From Camelus dromedarius (lineage: Eukaryota): 64,000 nucleotides of DNA. How positions within the stretch are numbered: position 1 is the stretch's first letter; each line of letters starts with the position of its first letter. A model generated the notes under the pieces. The model made no database searches. It had not been told where the DNA came from and was given only the letters and a program-made list of their open reading frames with translations. The position numbers and the translations under genes were made by a program. This document shows, piece after piece, positions 25,665-39,622 of the stretch. The stretch spans positions 36,954,001-37,018,000 of the forward strand of contig NC_087447.1 of the NCBI RefSeq assembly GCF_036321535.1. Reading direction: 5' to 3'.

Positions 25665-26090
25665 TACTGTTTAGTGAGTGGGTACTGGGTTCCAGTCACT
25701 GCTAGGAAATTTACATTCTCACTGAATCCTGACAAGGACCCAACCAGGTAGAAATTATTAACTCTCTTTTATAAGGAGATGAGTTTAGAGAAGGGAAATA
25801 ATTTATGCAAGGTTACTTAGTTAGGAAAGATCAAATAAAAATTCAAACTCACTGGGATTTCAAAATGTAGAATAGATAAACAAGATTATACTGCATAGCA
25901 CAGGGAAATACATACAAGATCTTATGGTAGCTCACAGAGAAAAAAATGTGACAATGAGTATATATATGTTCATGTATAACTGAAAAATTGTGCTCTACAC
26001 TGGAATTTGAACAACATTGTAAAATTATTATAAATCAATATAAAATGTTAAAAAAATTCAAACTCAGACCTTTTTAACTACATAGCATCT
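25665..26090 (-). mobile_element. MIR interrupted by a younger insertion
   Basis: MIR-like sequence (atttatgcaaggttacttagttagg...attcaaactca|gacc) resumes after the 25852-26051 insert. Confidence 0.6.
25852..26051 (+). mobile_element. Young retroposon (L1 3'-end-type, 200 bp) with 15-bp TSD
   Basis: AAAAATTCAAACTCA at 25837-25851 and 26052-26066. The body (aaacaagattatactgcatagcacagggaaata...gtataactga...acaacattgtaaa) resembles cetartiodactyl L1 3'UTR ends. A-rich tail. Confidence 0.85.
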
Positions 26091-27224
26091 GAGCTACACT
26101 GACTCCCATTTTTCTCTCAGATGAGCTGATTGAGTTGGTTGCCTTTGTTGAAGTAGATTTTCTTGTTGGTTTTCATTAAAAAGCAGAAAAATTTAATGAG
26201 AAATAGAAATTTGTGAAAGTTTTTTTTTTTTTTGATCTTTCAAACCACACAAATATTAGGTACTTCTCCAATACTTTCACCATTTTTGCAGGGCAAAGAA
26301 GTTTTGATCTGTAAAATTGAATTGATTGCTCCAAATCCTTGAGCCATCTCCTTCTAATACTATTTCCATAGCCCAAACCTTAAAAAAATTAGCTTTTACT
26401 GCACCTATGATCTGCATCTCTCATTCCAGTAAAAAGCAAATTCCCTGGAACAAATGGAATGAACTGAAGAAGAGAGACGAATTAAATTAATTTTGTTAAG
26501 AGTTTTTAAAGCTAAGTCTGGACGCCATTGAAACAATTCAGCTGACCATTTTAGAAATTTATTTTTATGGCAATTGTGAAACTTTGGAAATAGTTATATT
26601 TGAGTTCATTGTGATTTTTCCAGTTACTAAATATGATACTTGGGCATTTAACCTCTCTAAACCTTGGAGTTTCTTCATATGGAATGAGGAATGTGTATTA
26701 GATGATCTTCAGTATACTGATGTTAAAATTCTCATTCTATGAGCATGTTTTATCCGTTTCATAATGACTGTCTAGGAAAAGTCCCACCATATGCCTGTTT
26801 GAATACATGCTTCACTTGTATGTATTTATACACACCCTACAGCATTAGACTAGCTTTCAGATTTAGTATTTCCAAAAAGCTCAGACTTGCCTTCTCATCA
26901 TTTCAGGATTTCCCTGAAAGTGGGAGGCTGGGATTTCAAAACTGTACAGTGTGGAAAGTCAATAAAAGAAGTAATATTAGAATCAATGATCACTGAGTTC
27001 CAAACAACTGTGGGTACATTTTCCCATCTTATTCTTATTTTAAAGCCATTCTTATTTTACAGAGGGTTCAAGTAAGGCAAAGTGCTTGACAGAGTAGAAG
27101 AAATAAAATGGCATTTATATAAAATCTGATTTCAGAAATACCCATGTTCTAATGCAACATGTAGACGTCTGAATCTCACTCTAAAATTTTCACTGTTGAA
27201 GTTGTCTACTGCTCTCTACTGTGA

Positions 27225-27930
27225 CATTTGAGTACTTATCTTATGCTAGCTTATGTACCAGACCCTGGGGAAGCAGTTATGAATAAGACGCAATGCGGTT
27301 TCTGCCCCTCTGGAGTACAGTCTAGTGAAGAAGGTGGGTGCATACAACTGGAAATTTGGATAAAATATGGTAAATGTTAAGATAGAGGTAGGCACAGGGT
27401 GCTGTCAGAGTCTAAAATACTTAGCCCAACCTGACAAACTGTGTAAGACTGCCTGGAGATGATCCCTGACATGAGTCAAAGAATGAGTTAATTGCAAGTT
27501 TGATAGGAAATTCCAGAAAAATGGAAAGCATGAACTCTTAGTATGAAGGAACATGATATATGGAGAACTAGAAGTAGTTCAGTATTATAAAGCAAAAAAT
27601 TTTCGAGTAGCCAGAGATGGAACTAAAGATGTAAGTGGAGAGCCAGGTCATGGAGAACCTTGTATATCATACTGAGGAGTTTGGACTTCATCTTTCAGGC
27701 ATTAGGGAGCCATTGAAGACCTTTGTATAGGAATGCTCTGGTCAGAATTATATTTGTGATGGGTCACCCTGGCTGAAACTAGGAAGAATTGTTTAAGTAG
27801 GGACTGGGGACTCAAAACTGGAAATGGAAAAAGCAGCTAAAAGGCTAGTATTTAAAATAATCCACCAGAGGCAGTGAAGCCAAGGCAACTGAAGAGTGAT
27901 AAGGATGGAAACAAGAGGATGGAGTTCGTA
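27225..27930 (-). mobile_element. L2 fragment
   Basis: tatgtaccagaccctggggaagcagttatgaataagac...agccaggtcatggagaaccttgta...aggagtttggacttcatct...gggagccattgaag. Confidence 0.8.
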
Positions 27931-29311
27931 GTATCTTTGTTAACCTACTCAGAGGTTTGCTTCATCTTGGTTTGTGCTTCTTAATTCCGTGTACAGTCTA
28001 TGGTCGCACATTGAGTCGAATGAAGCCAGAAGCCGCTGAGCTGCGTCAATTGTTTAGTCTCCCAGCCTTTCACCAGCCTCTGTATTCTCCAAGGGGATCT
28101 GCTGGAATCTGAGCCTGGTTCCCCTGAAAACTTAGGAAGCCAGAAACTATTATTGTCTGATTTCCTCCACAGTGATCTCTGGTTCAAACTTAAATGATGC
28201 CTTTTTGCCTGGGCTCAAAGGCTTGTAAACCTTCCTCCTGTGTATACAAATAGCAAATAGATAAAAAGTAGAATGTGCGATGTTTCCTGCTACTTTCCGA
28301 TTATTAAAATAATCACGTAAGTTATCTCATTGCCCCTTGGATCCCATAGTTGAAACAAGATAAAGGGCTCTGTTGAGTTGTCTGTGGAAAGCAAATATAA
28401 CTTGAGAATTAAAAAAAAAAAAAAAGTAAACATGGACACCAAAACTGAAAGCAGGAGACTTTTGAAAATACAGACTGCTGTATCAATGGTTAGAATTTCC
28501 TTCATTTTGCAAAGCCACGAGCCACATGCATCAGCTCACCACAAAGTCATTAAGCCTTTTTAAGCTCAGATGAAAAACATTAACAAATCCCACAAAAGGC
28601 TTTAGTATAGCCCCTTTGTTCGCTCACATATGGCACTTTATAACTCCTGCGCCACTCTGGTCGTGGTGTTTAAGCTGCCTCCATCAGGCTGGTCCTGAAA
28701 GAACAAAAGACATCTTGAGCAATCCTAAGCAGGAAATGGGCTAATCTAAACATGGTTTGTGACACTTTAAGTAGAATAGAAAGGGGAGGGATTGATTAGT
28801 CATTAATGTCCAATTGGCTCCATATGGATGCTGCAATAATAAAGCCTTTTTTCAGAGCAGTAGCAGAGTTATTGAATTAGAGGTTTATGTTTCCTCAGAG
28901 CTGACCTTAGGGAATTCCCTTTTGGTTCTTCTGGTTGATCTTTTAAAGAGAATGGAGTTTCCAGTAGGAAAAAAATAGAAGCCTTATCCACAGTAACACT
29001 TGCTCATAACCCTGCAGCCAAGGAATGCATTAATTTAGCATCGTTTTAATCCCTGATATAATTTCAGTCCTTAGTGCTTTCTTTGCATGTTCTTGGATCT
29101 TTGGTGGGGCAGTATTTCAGAGGCCACATAGACAGCAGCATCGACTTCATGACTGGTAACAGGCTCCTCTCATGTGCTTAGCAGTGCAGGGAAATGGCAT
29201 TCTTACAGGGGGAAAGTAATGTTCCAGGTAAGAAACAGTGGGCTTTAAAAATCAGAGTTATTTCATATTTCTGAATAGTGGCTGGTGTAGCTTTGGTGTA
29301 GGGGAAATACA

Positions 29312-29520
29312 CTAGACTTAAAGTCAGAAGACCGGGGTTCCAGATCTGGCTCTGCTCCTTGTTAGCAGAGCAACCAGTTATTTCAGAGGAAGGGAACATT
29401 GCCTCTCTGAGTCTTGGTTTCCTCATCTATAGAGTGAGACATATATTTACCTTCATACGTATTTCAAAGAATTATAAAGAGGATTGATGTGTTTACTGAA
29501 AGCACTTTATAAATGTTATA
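29312..29520 (+). mobile_element. MIR SINE
   Basis: agtcagaagaccggggttccagatctggctctgc...cctctctgagtcttggtttcctcatctata. Confidence 0.85.
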
Positions 29521-29695
29521 GTAAGTAAAAGTCTCTAATACATCTGGTGTTCCTATTCTGGAAATGGGTCTCTGATCTAGACTAGTAAAAAAGCTGTCAC
29601 TCTTTAAAAGAATTAATTTGGTACTATATTTAGTGGCATATCTGTTTTCTAATTGCCCAATAGAATTTTTCTTTATGTGTACACTATAAATGTTT

Positions 29696-29730
29696 ATATC
29701 TCTATATCTATCTATCTATCTATCTATCTA
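29696..29730. repeat. (TCTA)n microsatellite
   Basis: atatctctatatctatctatctatctatctatcta. Confidence 0.9.
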
Positions 29731-30829
29731 ATTTATTCAGTGAATTTCTTGGTATAGATAATTTCAACACTTGAGGTAAGCAGGGTATTTGTTTTTAGTG
29801 GGATTAAAGAGCCTTAAAATGAAAACAGGGAAATGAAAATTTACCTGTGGCCTTCCCTTGCATTAGTTAAAGAATTAATACTTTAATCAAAGTACCACGG
29901 TTAATCCATCCTTTGTTCCTGTACCGTTGGTTTCTTTTTCTTTTTCTTTTTTTTAACCAGCTTCTAGCTCAGAAGAACTGTGTGTTCATATTTGCATTTA
30001 CCTTCTTCAAATCATGGCACCTATCATTAACTCATTCTTTGCTAAACTATCTACTGATCTGCTACAAAAGATACAGGGAACAAACCATATTCTTCCACTG
30101 CTGGTGTCGTCCTTCTCTGAAGAATGAACACATCACTTCTCTAACGATTAAGGTTCTCGCTCAGCCATGGAATGTATTTTCCTGCCAAGTAAACCACTAG
30201 GATAGCCAAATTGTCTTTTTTTTCCCTAAGAAGAAATCAAATTTGAATTTCAAGCAGCCTTCCTATAATGAAAGTAAGTTCACGTTCTGGCAGGAAGCGG
30301 AAGTACAAAGTTAGCAGAAGTTCCCTAATCATAGGCAGACAACTGTCAGTCATCCCTACAACGTAGTGAATTAGATCTCTACAATATTAAGATAGATTTG
30401 GTGAAATAAACTTGGTGAAAAAAATCCAACCTGTGTAATATCAATACCCTCCTTCTTTCCTAATTTTTTCTGTCCCCTTCTAAAATTCCTTCATCTTCTA
30501 GATTTTTGTTTCTGATGCACTCATGATTATTGTCTCTGTTAACCCAAATAGGGGACTATAAAATGTATCATGTAACTCTTTCCAAAGTGTCACAGGAGAA
30601 ACTCAACTATTCTGCTAATAGACTGAAGTAGTCTAAAATAGTGTGCTTGTCAAGCAATCCAAGGATGTATGTTATATTTAAGTCTCTTTGTATTAAAACA
30701 CAACCAATTTTGCCTTTTTAATAATTCTTTTTGGTAAATGAAGCCATTTTTTAAAAATTTCACAATGGCCTGAATATGCCACACGCTGAGGTTTACAGAG
30801 AAAAGAATCTTCAGAAAAATATCACCTTT

Positions 30830-33800
30830 GTTTGTTTGCTTGGTTTCCCATTTTATGTTTGTTCTTTTGTTTTTCCTTTTTTTCTTTTTTAACTAAGTGG
30901 TAAAACAATTTTATTTTGAATAGTACTCCATTGTATGGCTATACGACAGTTTGTCCATTTTCCAGTTATTTTCCGTTTTTGGTTATTCTGAATAAAAGTG
31001 CTATGATGTTCTTACATAAATCTATTTCTGAGCTAAGTTTTCATTTGTTTTGGGTAACTACCTAGAATGGAATTGTAGGTCATTGGTAAGTTTATATTTT
31101 ATTTTATAAGAAACTGCCAAACTATTTTCCAAAATGGTTATGCCATTTCACACTCCCACTACCAATATATTTGAATTCCAGTTGCTCCGTATCCTTGCCA
31201 ACATTTAGTGTTTAAGCCATTCTAGTGGGTGCAAAATTGTATGTGGCTTTAATTTGTCATTTCCAGGTGGCTAATGATATGGAATACCTTTTCATGTACT
31301 CATTGACCATAACTATATCTCCTTTTGTAAAGTATTTGTACAAGTCTTGCCTATTTATAAATTAGATTGTTTACTTTTTTGGTAGGTGTTCTTTATATAT
31401 TCTCGATACAAGTTCTTGTCAGATAGATATGTTGTAAATATTTTTTCCCAGTCTGTGCTTTAACATTTCATTTTCTTAATAATCACTTTTGATAAGTAGT
31501 CTTAATTTTGATAAAGTTAAATTTATCACTTTTCTTGTATATTTAGTGCTTTACCTGCCGTATCTAAGAATCTTTGCTTACTACAAAGTCACTAAAATAT
31601 TCTCCAGTGTATTTTCTTGAGAGGCATTATAGTTTTTGCTTTTGTTTTAAACTATGATTTATCTCAATTAATTGTTGGATGTAGTGTGTGATAAGAGGTC
31701 GAGGTTTACTTTTTACACATAATTATCCACTTGTTCTAACACTATTTATTGAAAAAATTATCATTTTCCACTTTAATAGCCTAGGTCTTTATTGGAAATT
31801 GACCATATATGTGAGGGTTTAATTCTGACTCTCTATTCTGTTCCATTGATCTGTCTGTTCTTTACCACACTGCCTTACTCTAGTTTTTGCAATGTCACAA
31901 AGTATATTTTTACTGTAAGCCTTGAAATCAGGTACTTTGAATCCTCCAACTTTCTTCAAGTTTGTTTTGGATGTTTTTACTGCTTTTTTTTTTCATATAA
32001 TTTTAAAAATGAACTTACCAATTTATTTTAAAAAGTCTTTTGGCAATTTTTATTGGGATGGGGTTGAATCTATAGATAAATATGGAAAGAATTGGCATCT
32101 TAACAATATTGAGTTTTCAGATCTGTGAACATGGTGTATTTCTCCATTTATTTATGTTTACTTTAATTGAACTCATAAATGTCATATTGTTTTCAGTGTA
32201 AAGGTCTTGCATACTTTTGTGGTTAAACTTATTCCTAAGCATTTTATTTTCTAATTCTATTGTGAATGTAAACTTAAAAGTTATTTTTTAAATTGCTGCT
32301 AATATATAGAAGTACAGTGATTTTTATGTTTTTATATTGTATATTGCAGTACTGGTAAATTCACTTATTGGTTCTAATAATTATTTTGTAGATTTCTTAG
32401 GATTTTTTGTATAAACAATTATATCATCTGTGAATACAGATAACATTCCTTATTCTTTTCCAATGTGTATGCTTTTTATTTCTTTACCTGCAGAAGAATA
32501 TTGCCTAACAATGGTAAAAGTGGACATCCCTTTCTAATTTTCCATCTTGGAGGAAAAAAGGAAATTCAGTAGTTCTCTCTTAAGTATAATGTCCTACAGG
32601 TTTTTCTTAAAGCCGTTTATTAGACTGAGGAAGTTCCCTTCTATTGCTAGTTTCCTGAGAGTCTTTGTCATGAATAGGTATTGAATTTTGTCAAAAGTAT
32701 TTTCTGAATCTGTGTGAAGATAATATTTTTCCATTTGTTTTGTTAATATAGAGAGTTACATTTTCTGATTTCAAATACTAAATTAATATTGCATTTTAAA
32801 TTGACTTATCCTGAGATAAATTCTACTTGATCATGTTTTGTTATCAATTTCACATATTGTTACATTTAATTTGCTAACATTTTATTAAGAATTTTTACAC
32901 TTATGTTCAAATCTCTGTCAGGGTATGATGTTACTTCATAAAATGAATTTGGGAAGTATTCTTTCTTCCTCTACTTTCTTAATTTATGTAAGATTACTAT
33001 TCTTCCTTAGATGTTTGGAAGAACTAGCCAATGAAACCATTTAACATTGTGTGGGAAGGTTATTGGTTATAAATTAAAAATCTTCCTTAGCTATAAGAAT
33101 ATTCAAATTTTCTATTTATTCCTGAGTGAATTTTTGTAGTTTGTGTCCTTCAAGGAATTTTTTCATTTCATCTAAGTTGTTGGATTTATTAGAATTAAGT
33201 TACTCACAATATTCCATTTTTAATGTGTGAGTAGTATCTATAGTAATATCCCCTCTTTCAATCCAAATATTTTTGTTTTTCTTTTTTGTTGATTAGTCTT
33301 ACTAGAGGTTTACCAATTTCATCAATCTTCAAATTACCAATTCTTGGCTTTGTAAGTTGTTTTCTATTTTGTTTGTTCTACCTTTTATTCATTCTGGGAA
33401 ATCTCCAATTTTAATTGGATTATTTAATTCATTTATGTTTAATGTAATTACTGATTTGATAGGATTAAGTCTTACAACTTGCTATTTTTCTATTTGTACC
33501 CTTAGTTTTTGTTTGTTTTTGTTTTGTTTTGTTTTGTTTTTTGGCATGCGCATGGGGTGTTCCTTTGGTTTTTTGACTTTCTATTACTACTTTCCCTCTT
33601 TTGGTTAATTGAATCCTTTTTCTAAGCTATTATTATGAAGACAATTTTTTAGGGCAATTTAAGGTTCTAAGTAAAATGGAGGGAAAGGTACAGAGATTTT
33701 ACATGTACTTCCTGCCCTCATACATGTGTACACTCTTATTATCAACAGCCCACCAGAGTGGTACACTTATTATAATTCATGATCCTATGGTGACAATCAT

Positions 33801-36040
33801 CCAAAGTCCATAATTTATATTAGGGTTCACTCTTGATATTGTGCATTCCTTGTGTTTGGACAAATTATAACATATATCCATCATTATGGTATCATATACT
33901 ATTTTCATTGCCCTAAAAATCCTGTGTGTTTACCTGTTTATCCCTCCCTCCTCCACCCTTGGCAACCACTGATCTTTTTACTGTCTCCTTTTGAATCCTT
34001 TTTTAGTGCATTTGAATTACCGTATTGGCATTTTAGCTATACCTCTTTATTTAAAAAAAAAAAAAAGTTTTTTTTTCTAGAGATTTACTATTTATCCTTA
34101 ATTTGAGTGTCCTTATAGTTAAAAGTGTATCACTTCTAATAAAATAAAGCAACCTTTAACATTTACTACTTTGTCCTTTTTGCTAATGTGCTATTTTTCT
34201 TCACGTAGTTTACCTCTTCATATATCTTCATAAATCCCAGAATTCAATGTTATATTTTGTATTGAACAGTCCCTTGTCTTTTAAAAATAAACAACCAGTT
34301 GTTTATTATGAAATCCAGAAGAAAAAACTTTTTAAATTTAGTCACGTATTTATCATTTTAAGCACTCTTCTTTTCTTCCTATAAATCTAAGATTCCATCA
34401 TATATTATTCCTCTTCATCTTGAATAATTTCCTTGATTATCTCTTTTGGTATGGGTCTGCAGGTAATTCATTCTCTCAGGTTTTATTTATCTGAAAATAT
34501 ATTTCACATTCATTTTCAAAGCATATGTTCACTGGATAAGATTGCATTGACTTTATTTTTTTTTTCCAGCAGTCTACAGATGTTCCATAGTCTTCCAGTC
34601 TTCATTATTTCTAATGAATAATCAGCAATCATTTATATTATTGTTCCCTTGTATGTAATGTGTCCTTTTTCTCTGGCATTTTCTCTTTGTCTTGGGTTTT
34701 CAGCAGTTTTACTGCTGTTTAGGTATGGTTTTCTTTGTATTTATTCTGCCTGCACTTATCTGAATGTCTTGAACCTATAAGTTGATGTTTCTCACCAGAT
34801 TCAGATAATTTTCAACCCGTGTTTCTTCAAATGTTTTTCAGTCATGATTCTCTCTCCTCTCTTTCTAGAACTCTAATTACGCATATTTTAGAACACTTAA
34901 TATTGTTCTCCATGTTGCAAAGTCTCTTTATTTTCTCAGCTTTTTTCTTTCTGTTTTGAGACTGGCTAATTTCTTTGTTGTATTTTTAAGGTCACTGACC
35001 CTTTATTCTGCATTCAAAAATGCTATGAAGTTTATTCAGTGAATTTTCATCTCAAATATATTTTTCAGTTCTAGAATTTCCATGTTTCTTTTTACAGTTT
35101 CACTTCTCTGCTGAGTTTCCCCCATTTATACATTAATTATGATAATCTTTTCCTTTAGGTCCTTGAACATATTTATAATGGCTACTTTAAAGTTCTTGTC
35201 TGCTAATTACACTATTTCAGCCATCTCAGTTTCCTTCTATTGATTTTTTTTTTTGTCTCCGAGTCACATTTTCCTGGTTGTTTGCACAACTAGTAATTTT
35301 TTTTTATTATAGATTGTACACTGTGGATTATAAATTGTAGAGATTCTGGCTTCTATTATCTTACTCTGTTAACCACGCTAAATTTTTGTGCTAGGAGGCA
35401 GTTTAATTTTCTTGCTGATCACAGTGAAGTTGTGGAGGCTCAGTTTTGCACTATTAGGGAGTAACTGTTTCAGTGTTGTCTGTAGTCTAGGATGAATCCT
35501 TAGTCTTGGCATATAGTCTTTATACCTGAAGAGTGGTCCTTCTGGGTTTTCAGTGGAAAGCCTAAGTTGTTCATGAACACTTTCTAACTTGGTAGTATTC
35601 AAATCCAAATTCTGTTTCCCTTGCAGTGGACATCAGTTGAAATTTAAGCTTAGATTTTTCAAATACGCAGCACTGATTTCCCCTGGGATCACAGAAGTCA
35701 TCTCTATACAGGTGAAGTTCAGGGGTTAGCCACTCATAAGCCTCAATTCTCTCTTCAGACACATTAATCCAATTAAGACTGACTTTCTGTTTGTATTCTA
35801 GCCACTCGGTGCTGTGTAGACTGGGGAGTGTCCTCATGGAAAAGCTATGAAAACAAGGGTTTCACTCAGTGAAATTTCTTTTTTTATAGGACTGATTCCT
35901 CTCCAGTTTTTTCTTAATTTTGATAGGTCTCAAGTACCTTCAACTGGTTGTTTTTTAATATTTTCCTCAGAATTTATAGTTATTATCTGCTTGAAGGTTA
36001 GTCTGATATAAGCTATTCTGTTGTTACCAGAACTGGATCC
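30830..36040 (-). mobile_element. Large decayed ancient L1M (L1ME/MD-like) with 3'UTR, ORF2 and ORF1/5' remnants and internal deletions
   Basis: T-rich tract followed by typical antisense L1 motifs (aagaaactgccaaactattttccaaaatgg, tctattctgttccattgatct, tgaggaagttcccttctattgctagttt, gtttcttcaaatgttttt). No long ORF survives. Confidence 0.85.
33622..33990 (-). mobile_element. Nested L1 3' end (L1MC-like) inside the large L1M, with 13-bp TSD
   Basis: TTGAATCCTTTTT at 33609-33621 and 33991-34003. Body: gggaaaggtacagagatttt...ccaccagagtggtaca...ccaaagtccataatttatattagggttcactcttg...ggcaaccactgatctttttactgtctcc. Confidence 0.8.
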
Positions 36041-36189
36041 CAGAAGAGAATCTTTTGTGCTGATATTTTACTTATATTACATTTATTCTGTCTGACAAAA
36101 TGTAAGTTTTAATGAGCCTGTGAAGAGGTATTTATTCACCTTATTTTTCTCTATTCTTTCTTGCCAATGCACTAGTAATCATTGAGACT

Positions 36190-36800
36190 ATTCAGTGGTA
36201 ATTTCTCATTTAGCTTCCATTTTGATCTCTTGTAGAACATATTTGTTCATGTCACTACCCTGCTTTTTAAAAAACCTTAGACTTCTTGACTTGGTATTCA
36301 AGATACTTAGCAATCTGGCCCCTACTTACTTTCCCAATTTAATCTCTTGGTATTCCCCTATTTTTTCCTATAAACTCAAGCCATAGCCAGATTCTTTTTA
36401 TCCCCTAAAACCCTCGTGCTTTTTTTTTTTTTTTTTAAATAACTCTGTGCCTTTATATTCACGCTGGATTCTCAGCCTAGAATACTTTCACACTCATACC
36501 TGCTGGTAAACTCTTACTCTTTGTTTAAGATACTACTCAAGCAGTACTTCCTCTCTGAAGGCTCCCTGATCCTCATCTCTGTCCATTCCAACAACATTAA
36601 TAGCTTCTCTTCTCTGATTTCATAGTATTTTAAAATTACCCTTGTTAGCACTTACACTGTTTTGTAATTTTCTATTTAAGCATCTGTTTCCCTCACTGGA
36701 CCAAATTCCTTGAAAACAAGGCACATGTGTTATTTATCTTTGCAGCCTCTATCACAATGCTGGGTACATCTGAAATCTGTCAGAAAGGTTTGCTGCATTA
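36190..36800 (+). mobile_element. L2 3' fragment
   Basis: caatctggcccctacttactttccca...acttcctctctgaaggctccctga...ctgtttccctcactggaccaaattccttgaaaacaaggcacatgtgttatttatctttg. Confidence 0.75.
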
Positions 36801-39622
36801 ATGTATAAATAAATTATTCCTAGGCACATTATAGAATTTGCCAGAGTTCCTCCTTAGGGAGAACTTTATATATGCACAAATCCATACCAAACGCTTACTC
36901 ATTCACTCACATAACCCTTGGAATTTACCCAGGAAGGGGGCCTCTCTAGGATTAGTTCAGGACCATTGCCATAGGCTATGATGGTTAAACTGGCCTTCTT
37001 TCCAACCCACCTGGAAAAACTCAACTTTCTGTATTCTCTTTAAATCATTTAAATAGATTCATAAGGAAGTCTTTGCCTTGGCAATTTCTATTTTTTCCTC
37101 ACAGACTATCTTTTTTCATCTAACTGAAAATTTGTCTTTACACAAACTGTGATATGAGAAATGAAGGATGGATTAACCAGTCTGAGCCCCCTTGGGGAAC
37201 TGGAGAGACTAGGGATTCCTGGAGTAAAGGGGACCTGTGCCTAGTGTGGTACTGTTGACCTCCTGGCCTTTCAGTAACTGTTATTCAGGAATGGTGCTGC
37301 TGGTAATTAAAGACACTTAGGTCAGCTAGAAAGCAGTAGTCTCCACATACATAGCTATAGGTCTAGGCGTCTTCCAGCCTCTTTCCATGAGAAGACATTT
37401 AGGAGCGTTGAACTCACAGATAATTCCTCTGCTATTAAAAGTAAAAGAATCTGCCTCTTAGAATTATGAGCTATTCCCTAGGACAACTCTGGATTGTGAC
37501 AGAGAGCATTGGCTATTTTAGAATGAAGTGCCCCCCCTCCTATTTTTTAACTTGATGTTATTTTTGAAAATGAGCAGTATGAAGTCACATTTGATATATA
37601 GATTTTAAAGTTAATTATAGCAGAAAGTCAATTTTAGGCTTCAGATAGTCAGGCTAATAGCATATCTTTGAAAATCATGGTATAGTATTCTATAGAATTT
37701 TTCTTATTTGTTTAAAAGAGTGTTCATAATATACAATCTCTATTTTTAAATTTCTGAATTTATACACCCATACACAGTCATATGTGTTTCTATTGCTACA
37801 AGAATAATTCTCTAACTATTTTGTTTCATGAAGCAAAATTTAGGAAAGTTAAGGGACATTTTCGAAATACTCTTTTGATGCTGTGACCTCTTTGTATTTT
37901 CTTAAAATTCTGACTCTGATCAGATAGCAGGTCCAGTTTAAAAGTCGTTTTAAACCTTGGTCTTCCTGGATAAGTCTTTTCTTCTTCCAAAATGTTGGCT
38001 CATCAATACAACATTTCTAGCTTAACTTGGAATGTCCCCATTTACTTTTCAGTTGACGCCCCTTGGGAGAGAGAAGAGGAGATAAGAAAAAAGAGATGTA
38101 TATACCCCCTGGTTTCTTAATTCACATTTTAATACTATGTACTGTGCCTGAATATCTCAGTTTCTGGAAGCACTTCTTGTGAGACTAGAGATCTGCTGTG
38201 TAATTAATGCAGTGTCAGCGTTGTGCAAATAATATGTACCATGGGAGGATGGACAAGGCCAGTGTAGGACAGCTGGTGGGGTGGGACCTGAACTGTCCTT
38301 GGAGAAGGTAGAATTTAGTAAGGTAGAAGTGAGTAGGAAGGCAATGCTAAGGTTGCAGTGTGGAATGAAAAGGGAGAGAGTTTGGACATAGGTATGACAT
38401 GTCTGGGAGAATCCATTGGTATGAGTAGAAGATCTGCTAAAACCAGAGTCTAAAAATCCACCATGATCAGTGTGTAGGAGATTAAAACTTCCCATTTACA
38501 ATGAATACATAAATGGAAGCCGGCTATTTGGTTTTGCTAGAGATGAAGAAAAGCTATGACAGTAAAAGCAGATCTCAAATGTTAATCACCTGTGGCACAG
38601 TAGTTAACTTAGAATAATATTGAAGTGTTTTTGCATCTGACATTCTCCACAAGCCTGTCTCCTTTTATGTGTATGCATGCAAGTATATAAATTGCTGAAT
38701 CCATGTCAGTTGTAAAGTAATGGCATTGAGGGCATCATAAATTACCACAGTGATCCTCAGGAGAAGCCACTGTCGTATCTGAATGAGTGTTTCACTTCCA
38801 GAGTAATGTATGCCTTCATCTGGCCCAGCAGTCAGCATATTGCCCTGTGTTGATGGATATTGTCAGCTGGAAGCTACACTACATTTCACTGCACAATAAA
38901 CATGGCTGTCAAACCCATATAAAGTGAAATCAATTTATCCTGTATGGTCAGTGCATTTTAAATGAAATTAATGTACTGTGGGTATGGTGGCAAAAAGGTA
39001 GCATATTAGTTATGCATCTTGGGATCTGAGACTTTTCATGTGAGGGATCATTTTGTCTAGTAGGCCTAGAAGAAGGGCAGTTTTAAAAATATGTTACTTC
39101 ACATGGTCTTCAGAAAGGGGCCCCTCTGTCCTTCTTCATGTTTAGAAAAGAACTGACAATATTACCCAGTTCGGCCCTTTTATCTTGTCTTTTGTTTGCA
39201 ACAAATGATGATCATATTTGCCAAATAATAGTGCTCTTTAATGTTCTAATTTATTACTAGCTCTGACACAAACGAATTTCTTCTTAATCAAGGTAGCTGG
39301 AAATAGAGTAGAATGGCAGAGATGGATTGGGTCATGTTGTTCCTGTATAATCACTCCACTCAGCTGAAAGGATTTATTTTTGCCAAAATGTAGAAATGTT
39401 GGTTTTAATGTATGTTTTGCTTCTAACCTTTTGGGAGTAGGCTTTCCTATCTAAGCAGTGGAGGCCCTGGCTGAGGCCATCAGTCCAACTTCACATTTAA
39501 CTACAGAGGTCCACAATCTACAGGGAGAGGCTTAGTATCTATCTGCCCCACGTAAAGCACACATCAGTGTGTCGTGCTGGTGGGCTGCGTGAAAACAAAA
39601 ACAACAGACGCTATGTTCACCC

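Noticed and set aside
30797..36052. AGAATCTT at about 30804 and 36047 as the TSD of the large L1M
   Set aside because: Only an 8-nt match and the element boundaries are uncertain; insufficient evidence.
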